From Nemertoderma westbladi (lineage: Eukaryota > Animalia > Xenacoelomorpha): 64,000 bases of DNA. Both the position numbers and the translations under genes were made by a program. A model generated the notes under the pieces. It was not told where the DNA came from, made no database searches, and was given only the letters and a program-made list of their open reading frames with translations. Shown piece by piece: positions 23,785-36,800 of this stretch. The DNA is taken from contig JAUCBJ010006629.1 of the NCBI GenBank assembly GCA_032718475.1, forward strand, positions 71,242-135,241, read 5' to 3'. How positions within the stretch are numbered: position 1 is the stretch's first letter; each line of letters begins with the position of its first letter.

Positions 23785-25949
23785 TGATAAACAACCGCGA
23801 CCTCTATACTAACAGCAGAACTGTTGAACAGACCAATACCCGTTAATATCCTTCTGCCAACCTAATAAGTTCTCGTCTAACCAATAAGACACGAAGACTG
23901 CTCTACTGTTAAGTAAAGGGGCTCAGGAGCGTGATATTACTAAATTGTAAGGGTTGCTAAATACAAACCGCTACTTACCGTTAGATGGCGCTAATCTGCC
24001 GTCCGCTAATATATTTTACTAAATTTACACAACTCCTGCAAAATCGCTTGTTCCTTTATCTACCGATTGCTCGATAGAGAGCTAACTGTTCGAATCTATG
24101 AGCCACGCAGGAATAACCAAAACAATAAACCCGAGTCGGCTCCCTAAGCTTACTTAAGACGAGTGCGAGAGGCCTTGCACTCAGAGTATTCTTACGCCTA
24201 ATTTTATCACTATTAAAGCACGCTATTACCTACGTCTTTCTAATCGCGAATACTGGAGGTTCCCTAACGTAATGTGTGAATGCGAGAATATTTAAAATAT
24301 CAAAATGGTACAGTATCTGTTTCTACATGGATAATACCACTCCGAGTCTAAAACTGCCCGCGACTGGCTTTAGGCCAGCAAAATTACTAGCGTATCGTGC
24401 GTACCGAATAGTGCGTTCTAGCTGATTGCCCGCTAATGCAAATAACCGCTCAGCGTGAATAGTTTACAGTACACTAATTATTACCTTAGCTACTCTCCGC
24501 TATGCTGCGTACTAATTCTTAATTTTTTAGTAATTAATTACAGTCACAAATATTTAACAGCGTACTAATTACTAAGAGTTCCAGAATACGTAATTCTAAT
24601 TTATCACGCAACAGGTTTCGCTAGTAATAGCCTAAATTGCCGTATTACTTTGACCTAATCAATAACTAATTATTGTAACTAAGAAATAGAAATCAATCAA
24701 AGGAAAAAGAGCGCCTATCTAAGCATTCGTAATCTTAGGCACACTTCAATAACACACCAATCAGCGTTAGAAATCACAGTTTACAATTGTGCAATTCACT
24801 ACTCGTACTCCACACTCAACGTTGTAATACGCGCAGGCCTCTCCCGGGTACATCTAGGATTCCTAACTAACCCAATTCCTGCCCCCCTAATACTAAATAG
24901 AGACAAAACCTGGATCATCAGCCCCCTAGATACTGTACCGGCGATCGGTCTGCGTGCCGCAGTGCAAGATACCCGCCCGCAATGGTGACCCTGGCCAGCG
25001 TTGCCCGCTTTGAATCCTCCACTCTCTCCTAGTCGCTCAACCCCCCGATGCGCCCACCGCCCACTGGCACCTTAGCCCTCCATGATGCTAATAGCTACCG
25101 TAGCGGCGCATTCAAATCACAAAGTCTGACAGTCTCAGGAATCCCTTGGGATTATTGCGCAGAAAAGAATCACATAGAACCATCAATCAAAGGTAGAAAT
25201 CATAGTTCGATTGTAATTTGCAGTAATCGAAGGAATTATTGAGAAACACAAGCAAAGTAATCGCACTAGCAAATCATTCAAGAAATTAATCAAAATTAGC
25301 AAATTGCAGAAAATACGATATCCTAATACAAAATTAGAGACAGCTCAGCAAGTAAATTGTAACAGGGGTGTGTCATGTGATAAGGCATGAACATATGAAC
25401 AAATATATGAACAACAAAAAGCCCTACCGGCACACCGCCAATTTATAGGTGATCCGGATGGGGTGATGCAATAAGGTGACTCAATCGCTCTCCCATTGGC
25501 TCTCCAGTCCATGCTAGCATTAAACCAACCTGGAAGCAGTTAATCCAATAAGGAGACCGGATTGTAGCCCTATGCCCTCAAATTATTACCATATATGGTA
25601 ATGGATCACGTCTCTGGCTGCTGAATGGCCAGGACAGCGTCCCTATATGCTAGCCCTATCAAACTAATATCAGCAAGCACAAAATCCAGGGTCCGAGTAA
25701 ACTCGCTACCCTGGAACTATCTACATATATCCTAATACAAAATTACGTAGGTAGGGCTACATACTATACAAAATGAATGGATGCAAAATATATGGGCGTT
25801 TTAACTTCCTTACCTAAATGTCACCACACTGCGCCTTATCTAAATAATTATACTGCACAACGGACTAATATTACGTACAGTATAACGGACTAATACTGCA
25901 TACTGCATAATGGACTAATACTGTGGATACAGCGCCATATACCGTAACA
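23785..25949 (-). repeat. 3' LTR (2165 bp), preceded on the sense strand by a short purine tract GGAGCGG
   Basis: Direct repeat of 41707-43835. Confidence 0.97.
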
Positions 25950-26385
25950 CCGCTCCAAGGGAAATCATATAATGTTTCCCTCCAATTGTAGAAGAGTATA
26001 AGGTGATGTATACAAAACAAAATAAATTTCTTCCAACCAATCTAAATAACATAATAATTCTACTATTTACAAATATTGCCATAGATATTGCATAATGAAT
26101 TACATACAAATTAAATTTACAAAATATTGTTTCTCGTTCATTCTTACTACATAATGATTACTACATACAAAATCAAATATAAAAATTTTGCTAGGGCAAG
26201 TGAAAGGAGTAAGCCAAACCCGCAGGTTTGTCTCCCCAATCACTTCCTTCGCCTCTTTCATAATATAAATTCAAATAACTCAACTAGTGTATACGAGTCT
26301 AGTCGAAAATTTTCAAATGCTACAATATACATCAGAGCGACGATGATGTATATATCTAGAGTCTGTCGCCCTGTGCCATAATGTA

Positions 26386-29300
26386 TTATCGACCCGCTCC
26401 TGGGTTCTTTGGGCTCGCTCCTCTCTTTCGTCCCCTTCCCAGATACACTAATCTACCTCTAGTCGACTCCGTTGACGGCGTCCGTGAGGCGTCACTCCCC
26501 GGAACCGGCGACGACGTTCCCTGAGCCCCGACAGATTCTCGGCTCGAACTTCTCCCTCGGCCTCGTCCCAATTGTCGCGCTCCCGTGGTCGCTTCCGCCA
26601 ACTCTTCCTTCTGCAGTTGCACACGCGCTTTCTCAGACGCCCCCTGCGCCTTGCGCTGCAACCGTTGAGCTTCTATAATGGAGTGGTAGTGGTCGTCCTT
26701 GACTTGACGCTTGTCTTGGACCCCTCCTCCTGGTTCCTTCCGCGAGCCTTGAGCTCCAGCGGTCGTCGCTGTGGTCGCTGCGATCCTTTGTTCCTGTATC
26801 CTCTCGGCGGTCAATGAACCCACTGGCACATGAGTCAACAAGAATTCGTTGCGGTATTGTATAGCCGCCATCCTCCAATCACCTCGCGCGCGTACCACTT
26901 TTCTAGTCTCCGTAAATACACCCTTCGTGATGCGATCGCAAATAGCAACGAAGTTCCATGTGTACTTATTGTCCATGTTCAATTGTCTGAAGTATTCTCG
27001 GACTACGATAACTCCAGTGTTCTGTGGAAGGTCTTGAGCAGTTAGGATGAGCTCCTGATATTGTGGTAGCGATTGAAGATATGGCTCGTACGCAACATGC
27101 GATGGGTCTACCGCCCAAAACCCATATCCCGCTTTAAATGGTAACCAACGCATCTGCGCTTGAATATGGTAATCCGCCACACTCTCCCACTTATCTAACA
27201 TCTCCCGAAGTAGGTTAGCGCTATGGTTTTGAAAGGAATCATCTCGCAGCTGACATCTCGCGCTACGGTGTCCTTTTACTCCACAATATCCACATTGAGA
27301 AATGAAGACGGTGCACGTGTGAAACGAATGGTCGGTCTCATTGCACCAACGACAGACCTTATGCGCCGCCTCTATTACCGCGTCGCACGACTTTAGATTG
27401 TGCCTTGTGCTGCCGCACAATTTGCACCTACGCGCTTGTGGAAACCAGGCCCTCTCGTATATGAGGTCTCCAATCGGTTTCGCACTTCCTTCCTTCCCAA
27501 TGTCTAATACGATGTCGTCCTCTCCGGTCAACGGTTGTCGATCCGGAACAAAGTAAACATCCTCGCCCTTGTCCTCTATCTCCAATATTTCCTCCCGCGT
27601 TCGTTTCGGATATGTCTTCTCCACCGGAAGATCTACTCCGAACACCTCTACTAACGTTTCCGGCCAGCCCTCCTTAACAGGTCTATCAGCCTCCGAGTGG
27701 AAGGGAGTACCAAACCCGCGGGTTTGATTCCCGAACCACTTCTCCAAAGCTTCTGGCGTCGGATATTCCATCGACGGTCGGTCTCCCAAATCTCCGATGT
27801 TCTGTCGATATACTCCTTCGAATATCGCTAATCCTCTCCTCACCATCGACGTATTCTCTAACGATTGGTTGAAGAACGGGGTTAAGAAACGCTTCATCAC
27901 GTCGGATTGGATTCCCCCTTTCGAGCGAACGTATTGATCTCCTCCGAATACCAATGGATGACGCTTCAAAACTCGCGCAACGATATCCGCTAATAAACAA
28001 GTCACCGTGTTCGACTCAAGCACCAAATAATATTGTAGCGACGCACGGGGTGGCGCGCAAATGTTCCAATACACTAACGCTTGCCGCTTGAAGTGGGATT
28101 TGAACTCCGCTCCCGGTGGCGTGTTGTATTCGCCATACGCCTCCTCGTACTTCTTTTGCGTCTTCAACTTAAAGTCCCAATTATACAACAAGTGTGCTAT
28201 AAAGCCCATACCAGTCTTGGCAGAGTTGGGATACTCCCTATAAATTCCAATATCCTGTGCCCATAGCAACAATAGCTTGGTGTCGACAAACGGTCTCGGC
28301 AATCTATCTTCCAGATCAGTCATGGCGTTGAAGTCGCTCTCCAAATCGCTCTGGACTCCCGATCCCACCTTGACGTAATCTTGGTTGAGAATAGCCTCTC
28401 TAACCTTCTTTGGTAACATCCTGGCGTCGATACGCTCCGCTCCGTGCATACCTCCTCGCCTGCATACCTCCAAAATCTGTTCCCTAGGATCCTTCCCTTT
28501 CCGATATTGTGTCGTTATGATGGGCTCCGGTCTCTCTCGATCCGCCCTCACACGCATAAACACATGAGTCACACCATCGGCCGCACGAATTTGAATACAC
28601 TTGCTGGTCAAACATTCCTGATGGGACCCTCCTTCATTGTCGTAGAACATCACTCTCCAATCTTGCAGTGATTCCTCCGTTTTCCTCCACTGACGCTGAA
28701 TCTCATCTGATGGGGTCCACATGCGCTCGATCGCCTTGTGGTCATCATATCGGGTATAAGAACCCTTCCTCCTCAGCCACGTCTGGTCTACTTCCTCGTC
28801 ATCTGGGAATGTAGCCACCGCGACCCATACCTTGATGTACTTATCCAACCATCCGAATAGCTTACTCTCCTTCCCCGGAGCTCCAATCTTGTCCAAAGTG
28901 TCGTAATCTGTGATCTGCATTGGGACATCACGCAAGAACTTCGCGCATAAAACTTCCCGTAGACAGTCAACGTTCCAATGGTCCGCCATTCTTACCATCG
29001 GCAAGAATCGTATCGCTTCTCGCGACTCCGGATGATCTACTAATATCGCAGGTTCGGTGCCGTCGGAATAATACACCGGTCCGGGTTGAGATACGACCTG
29101 TGGAACAAATCCGGTCACTCTCCTCGTCTCCTCTTGATGTCTATCCGCGGTCTTATTATACTCCGCTATCCTGTTCTCAAATAACTCTTTCGCCTTCGCC
29201 GCTCGCTCCTCCTGCCGCAACGCGTCTATGTCGTCCTGATGCTCAGGCGTGAGGCTTCTCACTCGGTGAGGTGAAGTAAACGTAGTCCAGGGACTCGAGA

Positions 29301-30093
29301 GCTCCAAACCCGCGGGTTTGGTACCCGAGTCCCGCGCCGCTTCGCGCCGCGCCTCTAGATCCTTATAGGCTCGGTACAGCGAAATGGCCGCTGCCGTCTC
29401 TATCAAACTGGGTGTCGAACAGGGTTTAATCTCCGTATACGGATCTAATGTCGTAACGGTCGGCGTAATGGGTCTCGGAGGTCGCTTTCCGCTGAAGTCG
29501 ATACTGATCATCGGGTTGCTCATCGGGTAACCTCCCTCGTTGTATCTAAGGAATTGGTGAGCTGGACATCGCGTTAATATCGGTTCCGGATGTTGCTCGT
29601 CTAATCGGTCGGGAATCGCCACGTCCTGTTTATTCATGCATTCACCACACTTGTAGAAGAGCTTGTATACGCTGAAGACTTTCGGCGTCTCCTGATCCTC
29701 GCCTCGAGTCCTCCGATACAGGTGCATTCCGTCGAACTGGTCTCGGACTGCAGGTAGAGGCTCCTCGTGTCGTAAATACATATTCATATGGTATAGTCGT
29801 GCGATTTCCTCGTCCGGATCTGCGCTAATGTCGCACACGTCCAAAGCAAAGTCGTAGGGATACCGCGTGCGATACTCTCTCCGCAAGACTTCCATCCGGT
29901 CCCCCAACGCTCTCATTCTTTCTCTCCGTAATTCTTTATCATAACTTGGTTTATACTTCCCGTTCAGCTCCATCACGGACCGCCCATGGTAGTAAACGTT
30001 AGAGTCTTTACATCCTGGTCGCGCGAATGGTAGCTCCGCCTCCTCTCTGGCAGTAAATCCTCTGCGCGGTTGCGCTCTAATATCCCTCTCCAT
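26386..30093 (-). CDS. BEL ORF3 (1235 aa): DEDDy/WRN-EXD-like 3'-5' exonuclease domain plus three CCHC zinc knuckles
   Basis: Exonuclease motifs MFYDNEG, CIQIR, LPKKVREAILNQDYVKVGSGVQSD, FVDTK, GMGFIAHLL, YWN..LQYYLVLES. Knuckles CKLCGSTRHNLKSC, CRWCNETDHSFHTC, CGYCGVKGHRSARC. Confidence 0.8.
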   Translation of the reverse strand: MERDIRAQPRRGFTAREEAELPFARPGCKDSNVYYHGRSVMELNGKYKPSYDKELRRERMRALGDRMEVLRREYRTRYPYDFALDVCDISADPDEEIARLYHMNMYLRHEEPLPAVRDQFDGMHLYRRTRGEDQETPKVFSVYKLFYKCGECMNKQDVAIPDRLDEQHPEPILTRCPAHQFLRYNEGGYPMSNPMISIDFSGKRPPRPITPTVTTLDPYTEIKPCSTPSLIETAAAISLYRAYKDLEARREAARDSGTKPAGLELSSPWTTFTSPHRVRSLTPEHQDDIDALRQEERAAKAKELFENRIAEYNKTADRHQEETRRVTGFVPQVVSQPGPVYYSDGTEPAILVDHPESREAIRFLPMVRMADHWNVDCLREVLCAKFLRDVPMQITDYDTLDKIGAPGKESKLFGWLDKYIKVWVAVATFPDDEEVDQTWLRRKGSYTRYDDHKAIERMWTPSDEIQRQWRKTEESLQDWRVMFYDNEGGSHQECLTSKCIQIRAADGVTHVFMRVRADRERPEPIITTQYRKGKDPREQILEVCRRGGMHGAERIDARMLPKKVREAILNQDYVKVGSGVQSDLESDFNAMTDLEDRLPRPFVDTKLLLLWAQDIGIYREYPNSAKTGMGFIAHLLYNWDFKLKTQKKYEEAYGEYNTPPGAEFKSHFKRQALVYWNICAPPRASLQYYLVLESNTVTCLLADIVARVLKRHPLVFGGDQYVRSKGGIQSDVMKRFLTPFFNQSLENTSMVRRGLAIFEGVYRQNIGDLGDRPSMEYPTPEALEKWFGNQTRGFGTPFHSEADRPVKEGWPETLVEVFGVDLPVEKTYPKRTREEILEIEDKGEDVYFVPDRQPLTGEDDIVLDIGKEGSAKPIGDLIYERAWFPQARRCKLCGSTRHNLKSCDAVIEAAHKVCRWCNETDHSFHTCTVFISQCGYCGVKGHRSARCQLRDDSFQNHSANLLREMLDKWESVADYHIQAQMRWLPFKAGYGFWAVDPSHVAYEPYLQSLPQYQELILTAQDLPQNTGVIVVREYFRQLNMDNKYTWNFVAICDRITKGVFTETRKVVRARGDWRMAAIQYRNEFLLTHVPVGSLTAERIQEQRIAATTATTAGAQGSRKEPGGGVQDKRQVKDDHYHSIIEAQRLQRKAQGASEKARVQLQKEELAEATTGARQLGRGRGRSSSRESVGAQGTSSPVPGSDASRTPSTESTRGRLVYLGRGRKRGASPKNPGAGR

Positions 30094-30849
30094 TATGTTA
30101 CGCGTATATACATATATATATATCCCAATAAGTGCCGTTACGTAACCAACTACACTGTGGGTAAATCAGTTAGATGTCGCCGAAAGACAGACCTCCCGAA
30201 CCCCCCCGCCTTCCAGCAGTTCAGGTTCGACTCTCTAGATCCCGTCTCTTCCTAACTAACTATCCTCTAACCTATTCCCATGCATAGCGCAAAAACTTTG
30301 GAGATAAACTGGCCGTGACCAACTCACTTTTTGATGCCCAAACTACTCCCATTACTCGTACTAAACTACAGTAGTTAGAAAGGACCATAGCCACAATACT
30401 CGACTATACCAAACCCACAGGTTTGATAATCGAACATCACACATCCTGCAAACTACTGAGTGGGGTCCGTGCACGCCTCTGGTGCTACTAACCTTTAGCA
30501 CCTTAGTTGCACTGTTGGCACCAATCTGTGGAAGTTGCTAAACTCAATTTACACTCCTACGTAATATAGCCGTCACCATGGTTTCTAAATGCTATTTTCC
30601 AGGCTTCACGACTTTTCAAATTACTGTTTATCTATAGACGAATTCAAAAACGCGTCTATACACAGCGTCTGGAATTGTCTTGGGTTCACTTCTAATTTTT
30701 AAAATTTTAAATTTTCCAAAATTTTGAAAATAAAATTTTGTTTTGATACCCACCAGACAAAACTCAACGCAAATCACCACAACCCCGCTCCTATGCATTT
30801 CATTGTATTTGCATACGAGGAATGCATACGAAGTGAGTTGCGTCCAACA

Positions 30850-33800
30850 CTAACTCTGTTTTGAGGCAGGAGACAAATTATAATCTCCCGTCTCGATACG
30901 TGTCTCCTCTAATAACACGATATCTTGGACCGGTCGGTCCAAGGTGTGCAAACCATTAGTTTTACACTTTTTTGGGTGCGGACACTTGCACCTAATTTTC
31001 ACAGTGACTGTGCGCACTATGTTTTGCACGTCTGGGTGTGTGTGCAAGATCACTCCTGTCTCCCAATACTTTCTCTTGACAATGGGTTCGGTTATCAACA
31101 CGTAATCTCCCCTTTGGAGACTCCGAACCGTTTTGTACCACTTTGTTCTGGTGGATATGGTGGGAAGATAGTATTCCCGCCAATATTCCCAGAATGTGTA
31201 CGCCACTAACTGTGTTACTTTCCAGCTCTTACGACTATATAGGTCGGCACTAATGGGTTCTGATGCCGGCACAAGAAATGCTGGACTCTGCATTAGCAAA
31301 TGATTCGGCGTTAATGCAACACCGTCTGGCAACATAGCTATCGGCCTCGAGTTTAGGGTATGCTCGATTTCAATGAAAGCTGTAACCAGTTCGTCATCGG
31401 TAAGTTGTTTGTTCACAGGCAACGTCTTAGCAATGGCCTGCTTTACAGAGCGAACTAAACGCTCCCAACTTCCTCCTCTCCAAGGACTTTCTGGAGTATT
31501 GAATCTCCATTCTACTCGTTGCGGCAAAAGTGCTGCAGAAATTTCCTTATTCTGTGCTGCTTTATGAGCCGCGTTCAACTCGCTATTCCCTCCGACAAAG
31601 TTTGTACCCTTGTCAGAGTAGAACGCCTTTACTAGTCCTCTCCTGGCCATAAATCTCTTCAAGGCCAGGAGCAGAGATTTGGTCGACATGTCTGCCACAC
31701 GCTCGATATGTATGGCTCTACTCGCCATACATGTCAGTAGCAGACCCCATCGCTTGTGGGTCAGCCGTCCACTCTTTGCTTCAATCGGACCAAAACAGTC
31801 CACCCCTGTATTCGTAAAGGGTGGGTCATATGCCTGCACTCTCGCTTCCGGGAGTTCAGCCATCTCCTGTTCCAATACTCTGGCGTTCACTCTCTTGCAA
31901 ACCAGACAGGCGTCGTACATAGTGCCTACTGCCCTGCTTGGCTGCAATAGAATGAATCGCTGTCTCGCTGCCGACAGACAGTGTAACCTTCCCGCGTGAT
32001 GCAACCTCTTATGTATATCCCATAGAATCGCTCTTTGCAATTCTATTGGGTGACTAGGGATTATCACTGGGAACCTAAACTGTGAGTTTATGTCGACAGT
32101 CTGGATTCTCGATCTATGACAAATTAAACCCTTATGGATTAATGGACTCCATTTTCTAAGGGGTTTATAGAGAACTGGTCGATGAGCCGATAATAGATGG
32201 AATTCTTTCGGGAAGGCACACATTTGATAATGCTTCAAATGCTTTAATTCCGCTTGATCAATCTCATCCTCTGTCAGAGGTCGTTTCAATTTCCGAATTC
32301 GCTCACTATTGGTGCTCAATGGTTCTCTCAAATGTTTCGAATGTTTTAAACAAAGGTACGAAACGTATCGGCTTAACCACGCAGTTCTTTTACAAATTGT
32401 CAGCCAAGAGGCAGACGAATTTAGTAATTTGTCATAAATACTGCATGACTCTAATGCCAGCGACGGTTGTCCTCTAACTAATGGAAGTTTCGAATCCAAA
32501 CCCGCAGGTTTGGAAACCAAAGGCTCCATTGTGTCGGTCATTTTCTGTCCGTCACTTACCAATTGTGACTGTCGTCTAGTCTGTAAGGGTGGTTTTACGT
32601 CGTAACTTACCCTTCCTGACCTAGTAGTCACGTAAGTCTGTTGGTCTGACAGGTCTCCGGGCCGCTCCAATAACTCTTCAGGCCGCTCCAATGACTCTTC
32701 AGGCCGCTCCAATGACTTAAGTTTGGCTTTAGACTTCGACTTAGAGACTTTCTCCACTTTGACTTCTGCATCTTCAGGCATCGGATTGGTCACTATCTTT
32801 AGTCGCTCTGGCCAATGTTCCTGTGTCCTCGTTAGAAAATCAGGTCCATGCAACCAAAACTCCTGCGACTCTTCCCGACAGAATTCCGCCGGCATTGCAC
32901 CTCTCGAAGTTATGTCGGCCGGGTTCAACACTCCCGGACAATGTCTCCATTGTTCCTTCGTCGAAAAATCAACGATCTGAGCGCGTCTATTGGCCACAAA
33001 TGTCTTTAGTGCATTATTGTCGGCCGCAATGTATACTAACACCAAGGATGCGTCCGTCCAATAGAATAAGGTCAATGTCGTGTCTAACTCCTCAGTTATT
33101 TGCTTACTTACCTCGACCGAAACTACAGCCGCCTGTAACTCTGCACGAGGGACAGTCATATATTTGACCGGCATTGTCTTTGATCTAGAAGTCACAAAGG
33201 CCGTCTCAAATTTGTCCTGACTTACCTCTCGGCGAAGGTAGGCTACCATACCAAAGCCGGTGTCACTTGCGTCACTGAATAAATGCAGTTCTAAATCAGC
33301 TGGAAATACCAGCTGATTCGGAAAGTAGGAACGGGGTACATCTATATTGTTCAATAGATGCAACTCGGCTTCCCACTCCCTCCACTGCTTTGCATGTATA
33401 GGAGATATTGGTTCGTCCCACTCTAAGTCGGACAACCAAATTTTCCTCATGCACGCTCGTGCCTGTAATATAACCGGACTGATAAAGTTCATCGGGTCAA
33501 ATAGTCTACTTAATGTCGATAAGCAAATTCTCTTTGTCAAAACTTTGTCTGGGCTACTGGGCTCAAATCTAACTCTTACCTGGAACTTATCTGAGTTCGG
33601 GTTCCAAGCGAGTCCCAGTACTCGCGCCATGGGGATTGGTTCTACCCCCAATTCTATGTCTCCGCTCCCGCGATCTTTTACCGGGAACGATTCTAATAGG
33701 GCCTCCGAATTAGTAGTGAACTTGGTCAGAGGAAATCCCCCTGTAGCCAAGCACTCTTGCAGGCCGTGAGCCACTTCTATGGCTTGTTCCGCTGTGTCCT

Positions 33801-36800
33801 TGGACACCAATCCGTCGTCCATATAGAAGTTTCTCAAGATGGACTCGATTACTTCTACTGGGTACTTACCAATCTGGGCTGTTGCCGTTTTCTTTAGAAC
33901 GAACAGCGTGCCATTCGGACTATCGCGGGCGCCAAATATCCTAACGTACATTTGGTATGTAACCACTGGGCCGGATAAGTCTTCATTCTCAAACCAGAGA
34001 AATCGAAGGCTATCCTGGTCTGCCTTACAGGCTCTTACCTGGTGGAACATCGCCTCGATGTCACAAGTAAATGCGAATCGCCGCTGTCTAAAACGCAACA
34101 GTATTCCAATCAAATAGTTATTCAGGTTGGGACCATCCATCAACTCTGAATTCAGGGACATACCTCTATAGACTGCTGCGCAGTCGTTGACTACTCGGAC
34201 TTTGTCTGGCTTGTCAGGGTGAGTCACATAGTGGTGTGGAAGGTAATAAGTCTGGTCTGTCACTAAGTCAGGGTCCTCTACCTTCCCAGCAAATCCCTTG
34301 GCGAAATAGTTGTTGATCTGGGCGCAATACTTCTCCCTAATGTCCGGATTCTTCAACAACCGAGCCCTTACTCCGTTTAATCTTTTCAAGGCTAAGCTGT
34401 AGTTGTTCTCCAACTTAGGTGGTTGTCGACGCCACAACATTCCAACTTCAAAATGTCCAGTCGGTAGCAGACGTATGGTGTCTTCCATCATCTCCAGCGA
34501 CCGTTTCTCATCAGTAGACATGGCTAGGTCATATCCACCGGGTTCCATTGCGTCCCTATCCAGCCATTCGACGGTTCTGGCTCCTGTCTCGAGGTCCTGG
34601 CGTATCAATTCCTTCTGTAATTCCTCCTCACTGTATTGGAAAATGTCTAGGTCTCGATATTTAGCCACTTGACCCTCCACTATGTCTGTATAAGTCAAAA
34701 CGTTAGTCAGATAAGTAGCGTGGGCCGCTGAACCAGACCCACGGGTCTGATAACAGTAGTCCTCGGGTTCACTATCTGTCCGGTCGTTGTGAAGCGGTTC
34801 CGACAACCTAACATTATCGGGAATCAACTCCTCGTCCGACTCGCTAAAGTCACTATAGTGGTCAATACAGGTTCTCCTAAACTCGTCTATGTCTGGTGGT
34901 TCTACTAACGGTGGTTGAGTTATAGGCTGTAATTCATCGTATCTGTCCATTGGCTTGTCGCCACCTGTAAACTCATAAGACATGGGTACTCGTGTATACC
35001 AACCTAGTATGGTCCTATGGGCATGTGGTCCATTGACATGCGGCTCAGCTGGTCTCGTTTCCCATATCTGGTGTGCGATCAGCTGTTCTGCACCAATTAA
35101 CATAGAAACATTCCTATAACCTACCTGGTGTCTGGGTATCCTGAGCTTGTCAAAATACTCCTGTGCTATGGGACTCATCGGCGGCACCTTACCTAACTGC
35201 CTGCCGAATCCCTTCATAGCTAGACACTTAAATCCGTCCAATGGCAAAGCTTTCCGTTCTTGTCGAGTGTGTTGGTCTCTCGGAAGTAGGGAATCTAGTT
35301 CCACCGAAATTCTGTGTCCCTTGAGGTCTCCTACCCCATGCATAGACTTCAACTCTATTTGGATCTCCTCGGCGTCCTGGAAGCTAGAAACAGCTCTCGC
35401 CACTTCCTCGTCGATATAAGATAATGTGGACGCAGTGTCCAACATCAAATATATTCGCTTCGATCCCTTATCGCCAGTGAGTTTCACCGGAATCACGCTA
35501 AATATTTCCGACGTGGCCGATGATAAATACGTCCGCGCGCTGGTCGATGAACTATCCGCGGTGAAACCTTGGCAGGTCACTTCTCTCGCGCTCGACTCGC
35601 CATCCTCGTCCGACGAACCTGGTTGGTAACCATCGTCCTGGATGCCAGTGTACGTATTCCTCCTTATCGATACGGGTTCTTTGCTCCCCTTCCTTTGAGG
35701 ATTTCGCTGTAAGTAACGGTCCGTTGGGGTGTGGAAATCCGCATGTAGCAACTTGTGATGTAGTCTGCCGCATTCCATGCATCCGTCCTTGCTGTTCGGG
35801 CACTGCCGCCGTATATGACCTGGCGCAAGACATGCCCAACAGGTGTCCAACGTCCGCACTTGAACTCTTCTCTGTTCCGAATTTAATTCTTTGAACCGTC
35901 TGCAACTATCTAACTTATGGTCGTCAGATCTTACCTCCTTTAGTAAACAGTATTGGCAACCTACAAATCCATCCGGCAACTCCTGTTGCTTTAACCTAGG
36001 TCTATCTAACCGCTCACCTGACCATACTCGCGAGTCTGATCTAAAGGCTGGGGTACTCGAATTATATCTGTCTACTGAGTTAAATGTCACAGTGGTCCTA
36101 TCATCGTCAAAACTTACCATAGACTTACCGGTAACAGGTTTAGACTCCCTCATATTCTCTTCTGAGAAGTTTGATTTCATCTCTGCTACTGCGTCTGTGG
36201 CTATCATGTCATGAATATGCTGAAGTGTCAACACCTTACCTTGGCCCTCCAACTTATTCTCTAATTTGCGCCATTTCTGTCTGTAACGCATGTTTAAACG
36301 TCTTATTACGCTTTTCAAAACTTCGGCGTGATCACCATGATGAGGTAGATTCACCGTCCTCAAGATGTCCAATGCGTTCGAAATAGCGTTCGCTAAGTTC
36401 AACAGCTCTAACGGAGTTGTAATCCTTCCGCCCTTACCCAAGTCTTCTACTATCGACTGCGCCATCTTGGTTTTATTCCCGTAGATGTCACTAAGCGTCT
36501 TCATCGCTAACTCAAATGCTCTTTCATTGCCGACGAAATTATCAGCAATGGCTCTAGGTTCTCGATGGAGCATCTGAAGCAAATAGTTGAACTTTTCGTT
36601 GGGAGTAAAGGTGCTGTTGGTTAGCTGCTCGTCGACATAGGTTTTGAAGGTCCTCCAATGTTTATGGTTACCCATAAACTTCTGGGGTTGCTGCGTCGGC
36701 AGTCCTTGCCTAGCAGCAAACTTACCTATGTCCCTAAGGGTTGCGTCGTTCCGGGTTAACAAATGGTTTAGTTCCGCAGGGTTGTTAAGTCTGGTCCTTT

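Noticed and set aside
25048-25242. 64-aa ORF, repeated at 42970-43164
   Set aside because: Antisense ORF inside the LTR, duplicated only because the LTR is; no recognisable motif.
26386-30093. Envelope glycoprotein for ORF3
   Set aside because: No signal peptide or transmembrane helix; nuclease and knuckle motifs instead.
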